Below are positions 41,763-54,194 of a stretch of DNA of 64,000 bases, piece by piece; positions within the stretch are counted from its first letter, which is position 1, and every line of letters starts with the position of its first letter. Made by a program: the position numbers and the translations under genes. This stretch comes from Eledone cirrhosa (Eukaryota). Location: contig OZ024743.1 in NCBI GenBank assembly GCA_964016885.1, positions 69,068,001 to 69,132,000 of the forward strand, written 5' to 3'. The notes beneath the pieces are model-generated. The model saw only the letters and a program-made list of their open reading frames with translations. It was not told the DNA's origin and did no database searches.

Positions 41763-41856
41763 ACCCCTTGAGAAGATCGGCTATTTTAATACCAGGATAA
41801 ATGTTCATTTAGTCCAGAATTAGCCGTCGAAACGGCTTGAGCTCAGCTGTCGGGGT
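41763..41856 (+). ncRNA. Hammerhead ribozyme U3-A8 variant, 3' terminal copy
   Basis: Same sequence as 38232-38325; cut predicted after 41851. Confidence 0.8.
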
Positions 41857-41947
41857 CTTACTGGTTCCTATTACCCACTCTACTACCTCAAGTATTGAGT
41901 ACTTTGGTGCGTTATGGTCCACCTGGTTCCTTACCACATTTCCTTCG

Positions 41948-42002
<55 letters not shown>

Positions 42003-42290
42003 TAAATTAGCGAGAATTCTATTTCGGGTTAGGAATTAATGAAAAACAACTTCCGAGATGTGTGGCAAGCGCTCAATGATTCATATGAACCAGAGCTACA
42101 ACATATGTTAAAGGCCAAACACACTGAGACGATGGTTAAGCAATCATCCGCACAGACAGCCAAAGAAACGACCAAGTAATTTGGGTCAAACAAATAAAAA
42201 TATATGTGATATATATATATATATGTGTGTGTGTGTGTATATATAGTGACGAAACATAAGTCAATTGCATGAACTCATAATCTTTTATTT

Positions 42291-42346
42291 ACTGCTATAT
42301 ATATTTCGATGATAGCCATTGAATGGATATGACCTCATCAGGCAGT
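42291..42346 (-). ncRNA. Hammerhead ribozyme with (TA)n stem III
   Basis: Reverse complement: ACTGC-CTGATGA-GGT..CCATT c AATGG..ATC-GAAA-TATATA-TA-GCAGT. Confidence 0.75.
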
Positions 42347-42414
42347 TAGTCAGTTCTTAGATATGCCAGTTCTGTGGTTATGGTGTTGATGGTTTCAGAG
42401 CCTTGGGACATATG

Positions 42415-42446
<32 letters not shown>

Positions 42447-42523
42447 TACACACACACACATATATATATATATATTATTCAAAATATTAATAAATGAAAA
42501 CTATTCTCATAACCCAAAATATA

Positions 42524-42586
42524 TATTTTATTATACATATTTAAAAGATACAATGGTGTTTCAGTACGTTTTCATCAGATAAAATA
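42524..42586 (-). ncRNA. Decayed hammerhead (TA-stem-III family)
   Basis: Reverse complement: TATTTTAT-CTGATGA...TAAA (G12 lost)-TATGTA-TA-ATAAAATA. Confidence 0.45.
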
Positions 42587-42808
42587 TATGAGAGATTGGA
42601 TATGAGACATACCGTCATGGTTTAGATTATTCAATTCCTGTAGTGGTTATATATATATTTACTCTTTTACCTGTTTCAGCCATCCGGCTGAGGCCATGCT
42701 GGGGCACTGCCCTTGGGTATATATATATATATTATGAAATACTACATTAATTTCTATATTTTCATTTATATATATATATATAAGTATATATACGTACATA
42801 CTCTTAGT

Positions 42809-43701
42809 AGAAATGAAATTTCGTTTCATTTTTCCATTTATCGTTTCGGTACCCCGGCCGACTAACTCACTCGATATGCAAATTAGGCTGCTCCACCGTT
42901 AATATGCATAGGGAAAGTATATACTTTCAGACGTTCAATCATCTGGCAGGAAGGTATACGTTGCTGACGGTAGCTAATAAGCTTGAAACTAGTTCCTTGT
43001 TCCTTTGTCAGTGTTGAACAAAAGGACAACGATGGTTGCTAAACACTGTACAGTTTAATTCGGGCTGTTTGTTTACAAACACACCGAGCATTATAATAAA
43101 TGTTCGGTAAATCCATACGTACATATATTTATGTGTGTGCATGTATGTATATATATATACATACTACTGTACGTCTGTATACATATATGTATGTACGTAT
43201 ACATATTTTATTTAATTAACAGCCGTTCTATCAGTGAGAAATGAAATTTCGTTTCATCTTTTCCATTTAACGTTGTCGGTGCGCCCGGCCGATTAATTCA
43301 CTCGATATGCAAATTAGGCTGCTCCACCGTTAATATGCATAAGGAAAGTATATACTTTCAGACGTTCAATCATCTGGCAGAAAGGTATACGATGCTGACG
43401 ATAGCTAATAAGCTTGAAACTAGTACATCGTTCCTTTTTCAGTGTTGAACAAAAGGGCAAGGATGGTTGCTAAACACTGTACGGTTTAATTCAGACTCTT
43501 TGTTTACAAACAAACCGAGCATTATAATAAATATTCGGTAAACACATACGTACATATATACATGTGAGTGCATGTATGTATATATATATACATACTACTG
43601 TACGTCTGTATACATATATGATATGTATGTACGTATACCTACTTACATTTAAGAAACAGCTGTACTAAGTGTGAGAAATGAAATTTCGTTTTATTTTTTC
43701 C

Positions 43702-43705
<4 letters not shown>
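42809..43705 (+). mobile_element. Tandem ~430-bp non-coding HHR repeats (retrozyme-like), ~2.1 units
   Basis: AGAAATGAAATTTCG recurs at 42809, 43237 and 43674; one HHR per unit (42958-43000 decayed, 43389-43431 intact). Confidence 0.8.
43389..43431 (+). ncRNA. Minimal type I hammerhead ribozyme
   Basis: ACGATG-CTGACGA-TAGCT aata AGCTT-GAAA-CTAG-TA-CATCGT; stem III is the palindrome ACTAGT. Confidence 0.8.
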
Positions 43706-43769
<64 letters not shown>

Positions 43770-44201
43770 TGACATACATACATAGATAATATTCTTACAC
43801 ATAATATAATAGATAATATTCTTACACATACATGTATAAAAACAAAACAGTCAATCCCTTACTCAACAAGTCTTAAAGCATATGAATAGGTGTTTGTATA
43901 TATGGGTGTCTGTGTGTGTGTACGCGTGTGAGTGTGTGCGTGGCTGTGTGTATGTGTGTGAGTGTGTATGCATATGCGCATGTGGTCTTTCAATTCCGTG
44001 CAACAATAGCTATAACGCAGTTGTATAGAAATCAAATTGCGAAAAACCAATTAGATCATTGGACTGCCCTCTCACATTCACCCCCCCCTCTCTCTCTTTC
44101 TTCTATATCTAACTTCTGACTCTCTTTCTCTCTATTAACTCTACCGTCTCACACATTCTTTCTCGCTCTCTGACTCTCTCTACTATATCTGCCCTCGCCC
44201 C

Positions 44202-44238
<37 letters not shown>

Positions 44239-44697
44239 TATATCTGCCTTCTCACTCTCTCTCTCTGACACTCTTTACTATATCTTCTCTCTCACTACTG
44301 TATCTTCCCTTTCACTCTCTCTATCTCTCTCTTTCACTGCATCACTCTCTACTATATCCTCTCACTCTCTCTGTTTCTCTCTACTAAGTTTTCGAACTCT
44401 TCATCAATTGTTCTTAAATGATTGCAGAGATACACTCACACATACATATAAACACATACATACATACTCATACACACATGGAAACATATATGCACTTAAA
44501 TACATGCATACATATATACACATACACACATGCACACATATGTACACGTATACAAATAGATACATATATGCGTACATATTCATACACACACATATATATA
44601 CATGCATACATATATGCACTTATAAACCTGCATACATATACACACAAATATATACACTTATACACATGCATATATATATATATTAATACTATATGTA

Positions 44698-44772
<75 letters not shown>

Positions 44773-45137
44773 ATTTATATATATATATATATATGTATAT
44801 AAACAAACATTTTTACACATATATATATATATATACATATATATATCACAGGCACACGTACATACATACATACACATACTCATATGCACATACTCATGCA
44901 CACATACCCATGCATACATACACCCATATACAATGCACCAATTAGATCACCGGTCTCTCTCACTGTCTCTTTTCCACATCCTTTCCTTTTCTCTCTCTCT
45001 TTCTTTTCCTTTTATTTCTCACTTTTAAACATGTTTTTACCGACTTCGCCAGTAGACAGTAACACCATCAAGACCGCTTACGTGGGCAGCTCTCCAACTT
45101 CGCAACCAAATAGTTCATAACGGCGATAGCAGTAGTA

Positions 45138-45200
<63 letters not shown>

Positions 45201-45306
45201 TATCTGAGGCTGCAGGTAGTGGCTTGATATTCATTTCAACAAACTTTCCACAGTTAACTAACATCAATAACTGAGACTCAAAGAGTAATAACAATAATAA
45301 TAATGC

Positions 45307-46150
45307 TTTCTTTATTAACCACAAGGGTTTACACAAAGTAAGACATTAAGCACAGTACACGACAATACAGGACAATGCAGGACGGTACAAATAGGCGTTT
45401 CTGCGTGTAAAAAAACAAAGACAGAGGATGTAACAAAAAAAAGAAACAATGAAAAATTCCCCAATAGGGGGGGGGGGGAGACTTCCGAGGGCCATCTTGG
45501 AAAAAGACCATTAAAAGGAAGCCACAGTGACCCTGACTTCCAGGGCAAGTGCCCTCTCCCAGTTTGCCACCTTCAATTTACAGGCACATACTCAGAGTAA
45601 GCCCATTCACACGGGCCATTCTTTCCTCTCTTACCAATCTTTCAACAAAATGCTGGGAAGAGAGCACTTCCCTCTCTACCCTGATTTTCCTTTTTAAATG
45701 AAATTTGAAAAAGTTAATCAGGGCATCACCGAAGAGGTAAGTGCTCGTCTTCAGCCCTTTCAAACGCGTCCACTATTCTATCTCTTTCGCCATGGCCACC
45801 AGACAGAAAAAAATTACCTGCTCTTCCCGGCTAAAGGAGGAGTGCGGGGCAATCCTCACGAGTGCGTGTAGAACGGTTTCGTCGCCCAGCGAGTATCACG
45901 GACATGCCCGGCTGACGGCACTTCAATGCCTGTAGAGTTTATCCCGAATTGGCAAAGCTCCTCGGTAGCACTGCCAGGCTAGGGATTTCTGGAATTTGTC
46001 CATAGGCCCCGGCCCGAAAGTTCTTCCGAAGAGATTGGCTAGTTGATTTTCGTCGACGCCTAGAGTTTCCCCAAGTACGTCGTCGCTCTTTCCCTCCACT
46101 AATCTTCTATAGAACGCCAAGGTGGAGTTTCCACCGATAGAACGCCAAGG
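45307..46150 (-). mobile_element. Tx1/L1-like LINE 3' end
   Basis: LAWQCYRGALPIRDKL zf-RVT-like motif; 3' UTR ending in AATAAAG; (AAT)n flank. Confidence 0.7.
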
Positions 46151-46176
46151 TGAATAATAATAATAATAATAATAAT

Positions 46177-46730
46177 AACTGGACTTTCCTGTACATACTG
46201 AGAGGACCATCAAAGCAAATAGACCTGACATCAGTTATAAAAGATCAACATAACAAGGTCTGTTTGTTGATAGATATGAGCATCCCATGTGATCACAATA
46301 TCGCGGCAAAAGAATTTCACATGCTACGAAAATATAAAGATCTGCTTATTGAAATTGAGAAATTGTGGGACCTCAAGGCCATTACAATACCAGTGATTGT
46401 GTGAGGACTGGGAATGATCAAGAAAGGAACAGGACAATATTTGCGAATGACTCCTGCAAGAGGTGCAACAAATTGTTTTGACTGGTACTGCACACGTATT
46501 GAGAAGAGCACTATCTCTGTAAGATTGATATCCCTCCTTGTATTTACATATGCATATGCCCATGTGTATATATGTATAGTGTTTTTTTTTTTTCTTTTTA
46601 AATTATAATCAATGTGCTGTATTAACTGGCTTACCAATGCACACTGTGAATTTGTTTGCCCTAGGTGTCAGGAAGACACTCGGCATATATCTCAGAAACA
46701 ATAATGAAAGAAAATAAAAATAACAATAAT
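46177..46730 (+). mobile_element. Decayed Dong/R4-like 3' fragment
   Basis: WDFP..NRPD..LIDMSIP..KYKDL..IPVIV; flanked by (TAA)n. Confidence 0.7.
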
Positions 46731-46779
46731 AATAATAATTTCTTTAACAATGACAGCAAAAGTAATAATTATTTCTTGC

Positions 46780-48500
46780 ATAGAAACAAGACCCTCAAAC
46801 TTGAGGTGATGGTGGTAAGGACTGTGAATAAATAAAGCCTGGTGTATTACTAGTGCATTTTTCTTTCTACCTTGAAAGGCAGAGTGGGCCTCGCCAGGAC
46901 ATAAGTTCAGAACGTAAATATCCCAAAGAATTACTGCTAAACATATTATTCGATATCATCAATACAACGAATCCCTTGCTATAATGATAATTGTTTCTAC
47001 TTTTTGGCACAAGGCCAGTAATTATCTCATTGTATTACTGGTACTTTATTTTATCGACCCGTAAGGATGAAAGGCAAAGTTAACCTCGGCGGGATTTGAA
47101 CTCAGACCATAAAGGGCCGTAACTCTTTGCTGCAAAGCCTGGCGTCCGACTCTCTAACGATACTGCCAATGGCATAATAATAATTGTTTCTGATTTTAGG
47201 CACAAGGTAACAATTTTAGGTGATGGGAAATCAATTAAATCGACCCCAGTGTATTACTGGTGCTATATTTTATCGACCCCGTAAGGATGAAAGGCAAAGC
47301 TAACAACATCGGGATTTGAACTCAGAATGTAAATGGCAGTAACTATGTTGCGAAGCATATTGCCCGACACTCTACCGATACTGCCATCCACCGCCCTCAA
47401 TAGGTTTTTTACTTATCCCATTGTATTATTGGTACTTTATTTTATCGACGCCGTAAGGATGAAAGGCAAAGTTAACCTCGGTGGGATTTGAACTCAGACT
47501 AAAGGAACGTAATTCTATGCTGCAATGCATGGCTTCCGACCCTCTACCGATACTGCCAATCCACCACCATCGATAACAATAATGATTTCTACAATAGGGA
47601 TATGTCATGCAATTTTGAGGGAGGTGGAAAGTCGATTAAATCGATTACAGTGTATTACTGGTACCTTATTTTATAGACCTCGCAAGGATGAAAGCCAAAG
47701 CAAACCTCGGCGGGCTTTGATCTCAGATCATAAAAGGCCGTAGCTCTATGCCATAAAGCAGACTCTCCGACGCTGCACCGGTACTGCCTATCCACAATGA
47801 TAAATAATGTAAAGGAAGGTGTGCTTATGCGCACAAATGCTATAAACTAGGTTATAAAATAGGGTGAAGGCCCTTATAAGAAGGACAGTTGTTATTGAGG
47901 AGCGGTCGATGGCAACTATTTTTTTCCATCTTTTAAGAGTGGTCATCCTATTTTGTAAGCTATTTTATAGCATCTGTGCGCATCAGTACATTATCTTTAC
48001 ATTATTTCTAGATTCTCAAGGGCGGTGGATTAGCAGTATCGGTAGAGGGTTGGACACCTTTCTTTGCAGCATAGAGTTACGACCCTTTATGATATGAGTT
48101 CAAATCCAGCCAAGGTTAACTTTGCCTTTCATCCTTACGGGGACGATAAAATAAAGTACACGTCACGCACTGGTGTCGATTTAATCGATTTTCCCCTTCT
48201 CCAAAATTTCTGACCTTCTGCCTATATAAGAAACCATTATTTCTAGATTCTCAACGCTTCAAAGTCCCAAGTCTCTGTTACGTACATTGTTCAATAATAA
48301 TAATGATGATTTTTTAATTCAGGTACAAGGCCAACAATTTTCGGAGAGGAATGCGTCGATTACATTGACCCAAGTTTGTGACTGGTACTATATTGTGTCG
48401 ACCTAGCAAGGATGAGAGGCTAAGTAGATTTCGACGGAATTTAAACTCAAAGCTGAAAGATCCGATGCACTAACGAGACTGACAATCCACCGCCCCAACA
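46780..48500. mobile_element. Cluster of ~6-7 tRNA-derived SINEs
   Basis: Repeated B-box GAGTTCAAATCC and GCCTTTCATCCTTACGGGGTCGATAAAATAAAGTACC core; mostly minus strand, 48020-48240 plus. Confidence 0.8.
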
Positions 48501-49539
48501 TCAACAATAAAACATAATATACAAACTATCAAAGCTGTAGGTTATTTGAAATTCTTTAGAAAATACTTGTAGCAACAGGCGATTGTTGTAAATAACAGCT
48601 TAGGCAACTGGGTAAAGGTCCTCTAGTGACGGAAAAGAGGGAAGCAGAAGTTATGAAGAATCTAACTCCGTATTTTTCGAATACAGGCCAAGTGGCTTAA
48701 CCATTGAGCTGTAAATATTAACTTAAAATTCGGGTATTGATATTTATAGCAATCCACTGTTACATTCTTTTTATGCGTTTAGACTTCCTCATTCTCTTAA
48801 GAATTTCAAATTACGTAACGCTTTGATAATTTGTATAACATGTTTGTTTACATTCAAGCTATTCGGTGTAGCTAACGTGTTCGGATCGAAAGTGACCCGA
48901 GGCCCTTTAGTTCAATGGATGGAACACGCGGCCGGAACTTGAGAGATACAGAATCCATTTCTCCGTAACTATTGGCTAATTGTGTTTTCCGTCCCTAGGG
49001 ATATATATTATCTGATTATCTAAGATATTTATATTAATCGACTGTTTGGAATTCCGATATTTTCTAAAGTACATAAATAATGATTTTTTATTTATTTTGG
49101 CAACACTAGCCTAAGAGGATTACTAACACGATCATAATAACTGGAAAGATGTTGATGATGATAATTCTAAGTCTTTCAATTCTCACACATATTCACATAA
49201 CTCCACTCACTCGCACATGCGTAACGCTTACGCACTGTCAAACACTATGCCTCACATATACATACTGCTACACACAGACGCACAAATAGTCTATGAGGGA
49301 TATAATGAAGTTATTTAGAAGAGGCTGTAGACTTACAATATAAAACATTTAATAAAGTGGTATATGAATACATAAATATGTATGGATCAACAGGTATGGT
49401 GTTGTAGGGGTGTCGGAATGACATAGGACGAAGACCGTTCCTCTCCATGTATGAACACGAAAGAGAAATAGTGAGATAATAAGGAAGTGAGAACGAGATG
49501 AAGAAAAAGAACGATTCTAGTACTGGATTGTTATCATTC

Positions 49540-49935
49540 TTCATCATGTTCTCGCAACTGGTGCAGCCAGTCGTTGGGATGCCACTCTAGACGCGTTTGA
49601 AGTCAGTTGTCGTCAATGGTCTCTATTTTCTATCATACGTAGAAATCTCTCGGCGTTTCTTCTTTGTTTCTTCTTCGCAATCATCCCTCAATTGTGCCCA
49701 GAAAAATGGTTTTAGACATGGAATTGTGGTGGGATATACGACCATACGTAGCTGTTTCTCTCTTTTCACTATCACAAGAAATGGTTCCTGTCGGCCAGCA
49801 TATTTGTTGATATCTGACAAAGCAGTTTCCTTTGTGCTCCGTGTATGGAATCTGAAGCATCCCTCTGAATTACTTCAGGTCAAATTATGGCCTTGAGAAA
49901 AAGCTTGAACAACAATCACACCCTCTTCCTATCAG
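49540..49935 (-). mobile_element. Decayed RTE-like LINE 3' fragment
   Basis: Frameshifted ..GRQEPFLVIVKREKQL../HNSMSKTIFLGTIEG motifs. Confidence 0.55.
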
Positions 49936-49954
49936 TCAATCATATATGTGGTAT

Positions 49955-50230
49955 CCCCACAGCCCCGGCGGACATAATGGAGAAGGCGTTTCCCCGGAGA
50001 ACGGTAAGGGTGACGCCTGGAAAACCGATTCCAGCCCGCGAGGCTCACACCTGCGGCTGGCCATCTCAGCGCCTATGGTGGTGAGTAGGGAGGTAGCCCT
50101 AGGGGTTAGGACACCAGAAGTCCCCACTGCCAAGGGTACAACCACAAACCTGTCGGAGAGCGACCGGTATTTGAAGAGTTTGGCCTCCTCAGCCCAGTAT
50201 GCAGCAGAACGTGGGTTAGTCGCAGAATCT
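49955..50230 (+). repeat. GC-rich interspersed repeat fragment (possible LINE ORF1/5' part)
   Basis: Homologous to 4015-4350. Confidence 0.45.
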
Positions 50231-50254
50231 CCAGGTTGTTGTCGTTATTTGTTG

Positions 50255-52215
50255 ACTTTATTATTGTTGTAGAGGTTGTTGTTGTTGTTGACTTTGTTAT
50301 TGTTGTAGTTGTTTTTGTTAACTGTATTATTGTTACAGTTATTTTTGTTGTTCACTTTGTTATTGTTGTTGTTGTTGACTTCGTTATTGTAGTTTTTGTT
50401 ATAGTTGTTGGGGTTGTTGTTGTTGTAGTTGTTGTAGTTGTTGTTATAGTGGTTGTTGTGGTGTTTGTTGTTGTTGTTGTATTTGTTGTGGTTGTTGTTG
50501 TTGTTGTTGTAGTTGTGGTTGTTGTGGTTGTTGTTGTCGTTATCGTAGATGTTGTAGTTGTTGTTGTCGTTCTTTTGTTGCGGCGTTGCTGTTGATGTTG
50601 TTGTTGTGGTATATGATATTGCTGTTGCGGCGTTGTTGTCGTTGTTGGTGTTGTGGTGGTGGTGGTGGTGGTGTTGGTGGTGGTGTTGTTGTTAGTGGTG
50701 GTGGTGGTAGTGGTGGTGGTGGTGGTAGCGTTGGTGGTGGTGGTTGTGGTGGTGGTGGTAGTGGTGGTGATGATGGTGGTGGTGTTGTTGTTAGTGGTGG
50801 TGGTGGTAGTGGTGGTGGTGGTGGTGGTGGTAGTGGTGGTAGTGGTGGTAGTGGTGGTAGCGTTGGTGGTGGTGGTGGTGGTGGTGGAAGTGGTGGTGTT
50901 GTTGTTGTTGGTGGTGGTGGTATTGTTGGTGGTGGTTGTGGTGGTGGTGGTGGTGGTGGTGGTAGTGGTGGTTGCGGTGGTGGTGGTGATGGTGGTGATG
51001 GTGGTGTTGGTGGTGGTGTTGGTGGTGTTGTTGTTGGTGGTGGTGTTGGTGGTAGTGTTGGTGGTGGTAGTGTTGGTGGTGTTGGTGGTGGTGGTGGTGG
51101 TGTTGGTGGTGGTGGTGGTAGTGGTGTTGGTGGTGGTGGTAGTGGTGGTGGTGATAGTGTTGGTGGTGGTGGTGGTTGTAATGGTGGTAGTGATGGTGGT
51201 TGTAGTGTTGGTGGTGGTAGTGGTGGTGTTGGTGGTAGTGTTGTTGTTGGTGGTGGTGTTGGTGGTGGTGTTGGTGGTAGTGTTGGTGGTGTTGGTGGTG
51301 GTGGTGGTGGCTGTGGTAGTCTTGTTGGTAGTAGTGGTGGTGGTAGTGGTGGTGGTGATAGTGTTGGTGGTGGTGGTGGTTGTAATGGTGGTGGTGGTAG
51401 TGGTGGATGGTTGTAGTGTTGGTGGTGGTGGTGGTGGTGGTGGTGGTGGTGGTGGTGGTGGTGGTGGTAGTGGACGTGGTTGTGGTAGTGTTGGTGGTGT
51501 TGGTAGTGGTGGTGGTGGTGGTGGTGGTGGTGGTGGCGGAGTTGGTGGTTTGTGGTGGTAGTAGTGGTGGTGGTTGTGGTGGCTTAGTTGTTTTTATTCT
51601 GGTTCTTGTTGTTGTAGTTGTTGCGATTCTTGTTATTGTCGTGGCTTTGTTGTCGTGACTATGTTCTTGTTTTGACTTTGTTGTTGTTGTTGTCGATTAT
51701 ATTGCTGTTGAATTGTTGTATATGATGATGTTGCCCTTCATGTTGTTTACCCCGTTGAAACTCTTCCTACCGAGCAGGTGTTTACCGCAGTTCACAAGAA
51801 CTTACGAGTATCCTGGCCATTTTCTCTTCAAAGACAAACAACAGTGCAGCATCACCACCACCATCACCATCACCACCACCATCACCATCACTATCACCAC
51901 CATCATCACCACCATCACCATCACCACCATCACCACCATCACCATCACCATCACCATCAACACCATCACCTTCAACACCACCATCACCATCACCACCACC
52001 ATCTTCATCACCATCACCATCACCATCACCATCACCACCACCATCTTCATCACCATCACCATCAAATTCACCATCACCACCACCATCACCATCAGCACCA
52101 CCATCTTCATCACCATCACCACCTCCATCATCACCACCATTTCCATCACCATCACCATCACCATCACCATCACCGCCACCAATACCATCACCACCACCAT
52201 CTCCCCCCCCCCCCC
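50255..52215. repeat. (GTT)n, (GGT)n, then (CAC/CAT)n trinucleotide tracts
   Basis: Direct inspection. Confidence 0.9.
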
Positions 52216-52331
52216 ACCACTAGACATTTTTACTTAAAACTGAGACACTTTGTACGAAAGATTAGTCAAGTATTTTGTAGATTAAATGTTCGAGGATATA
52301 GAATAATTACAGACGCATGCATGTATATATG

Positions 52332-52363
<32 letters not shown>

Positions 52364-52413
52364 TATATATGATATATATTACATATTATATATATGATAT
52401 ATATTACATATTA

Positions 52414-52479
<66 letters not shown>

Positions 52480-52486
52480 TGTATGT

Positions 52487-53067
52487 TCTAGCAGTGGTAC
52501 CCGGCGTTGCACGGGATAAGGTATAGTGAAATATATAACCGCCTTAGCTAAGCTTAGTATTGCCACAACCACGGCTGGGTTTAGCGGTACGTAAGTAAGC
52601 AACACCGTGGCTTAAAACGTGAGGAAGAAGTTGTGTGCACTTACAAGCTGTTTGGGGAATGAGTGTGAGATTTGCCTTGAGCAAGGTTGGCGGAATACCC
52701 GGAGGGTGCAGACAGCCAGACATACAGACAGACATTATAAGGGCGCGTTCTGGACGCAGAGCGAATTGTAGGAACTGACGTAATGCAGACAGGCAGACAT
52801 ACAGACAGATATTATAAGGGCGCGCCGTTATATGTATGTGTCTATCTTAAAAGAGAAAGACTAAGAATTATAGAGAGAGATCGCTAAATCGCCTAATGCG
52901 ATCCCTAGGGCATTGGAAATTTGAATTTGTTTTTGCTCAGAACACTCCCTGAAACATAAGTATTACATGTGTAAAGTTTGAAAACAGTCGGTTGGGTGGC
53001 TCTCTAGTTTTAGGGATTCAAACTTACACACACACTGACAGACATCCCCAGTTTTATATATATAGAT
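52487..53067 (+). mobile_element. Helentron/HINE-like non-autonomous element
   Basis: CTAGC..ACCCGGCGTTGCACGGG start, internal (CAGA)n, TTTTATATATATAGAT end. Confidence 0.55.
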
Positions 53068-53578
53068 TATATGCATATATATATATATATATCGGAATGA
53101 AGCCTGAGAAGATAGCCAGAGATTATCGTTTTCTCTCCAGACCTGCAGTTGGATCGGTCTTAAATGCTCCCCGCTCTTCTTTATACCTTGCCATCATCCA
53201 TTACCTACCTAGACACACTCATACCCACTCCAACACATGCACCCTACCACTTCACAAATATCCACTCACACCATATTAGAAGTCACTAACACATAGAGAT
53301 ACACAAAGACACACATACCAACATAAATAAGTTACATCAATACGACAATGATAATTATTTAATTCTACCAACGCTACTAATTAACTAATTAATCAAACTA
53401 AAATGTCTAATCATAGAACACGGTCAACTGAAATATCACACTACACTAATGTATTACCACCCCTGCTCTGGCCAACTCTTACAATAAGCCAGTCGTTACC
53501 ATTACCCACGTGTTGCTATGACCTTCAAGACCAAAATACTTAGGAAACATCATTTACATATACAGATCATGTTTATGA

Positions 53579-53742
<164 letters not shown>

Positions 53743-53951
53743 ATAGTAATAATAATAAATTTGAAGACTAAAATCCAAAGAGGGCTCGATAAGGATAAAT
53801 ATATATCAAATATATGAGAACCGTAGAGCAAATATTTATTAAAATAACAGATTAAAGTTTAAGCAAAGAATCGCTGCTTTCACCCTTAACGGATCTTCTG
53901 AAGATCCCGTTAAGGGTGAAAGCAGCGATTCTTTGCTTAAACTTTAATCTG

Positions 53952-53960
<9 letters not shown>
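53743..53960. mobile_element. Short fold-back of the 18741 HHR family with a left tail
   Basis: Palindrome centred on TCTTC-T-GAAGA (~53899); the same structure occurs at 26630-26840. Confidence 0.7.
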
Positions 53961-53998
<38 letters not shown>

Positions 53999-54140
53999 TT
54001 TACACATACACCAATTAAACAAAGTCACAAGTATATATGTGTTTTGGCAACTTTTCACGATGTGGCTCAATTGCTGATTGGGAGTAGAGATGATGTATAT
54101 ATATTATCAAATAATTCTCAGGACATGCTTTACTCTATAG

Positions 54141-54192
<52 letters not shown>

Positions 54193-54194
<2 letters not shown>

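Larger units (their letters stand above)
33919..41950. mobile_element. Penelope-like retroelement (Naiad-like) insertion: inverted 3' copy (33919-35879, -) + 5'-truncated tandem copy (35879-38419, +) + full unit (38420-41950, +)
   Basis: Direct repeat with period 3531 bp. Inverted copy mirrors it (coordinate sum 72259) with a 1-nt overlap at the junction (35879). Both outer ends abut (TA)n. Copies are nearly identical. Confidence 0.95.

Noticed and set aside
38364-41950. Selenoprotein-type Naiad (in-frame UGA + SECIS)
   Set aside because: The ORF has no in-frame TGA and no SECIS was evident.
48901-48970. tRNA-like sequence
   Set aside because: A-box-like start only; no T-arm/B-box or cloverleaf.
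50236-52473. Gly-, Val-, His- and Thr-rich ORFs
   Set aside because: Trinucleotide repeats open in several frames; no splice or start support.
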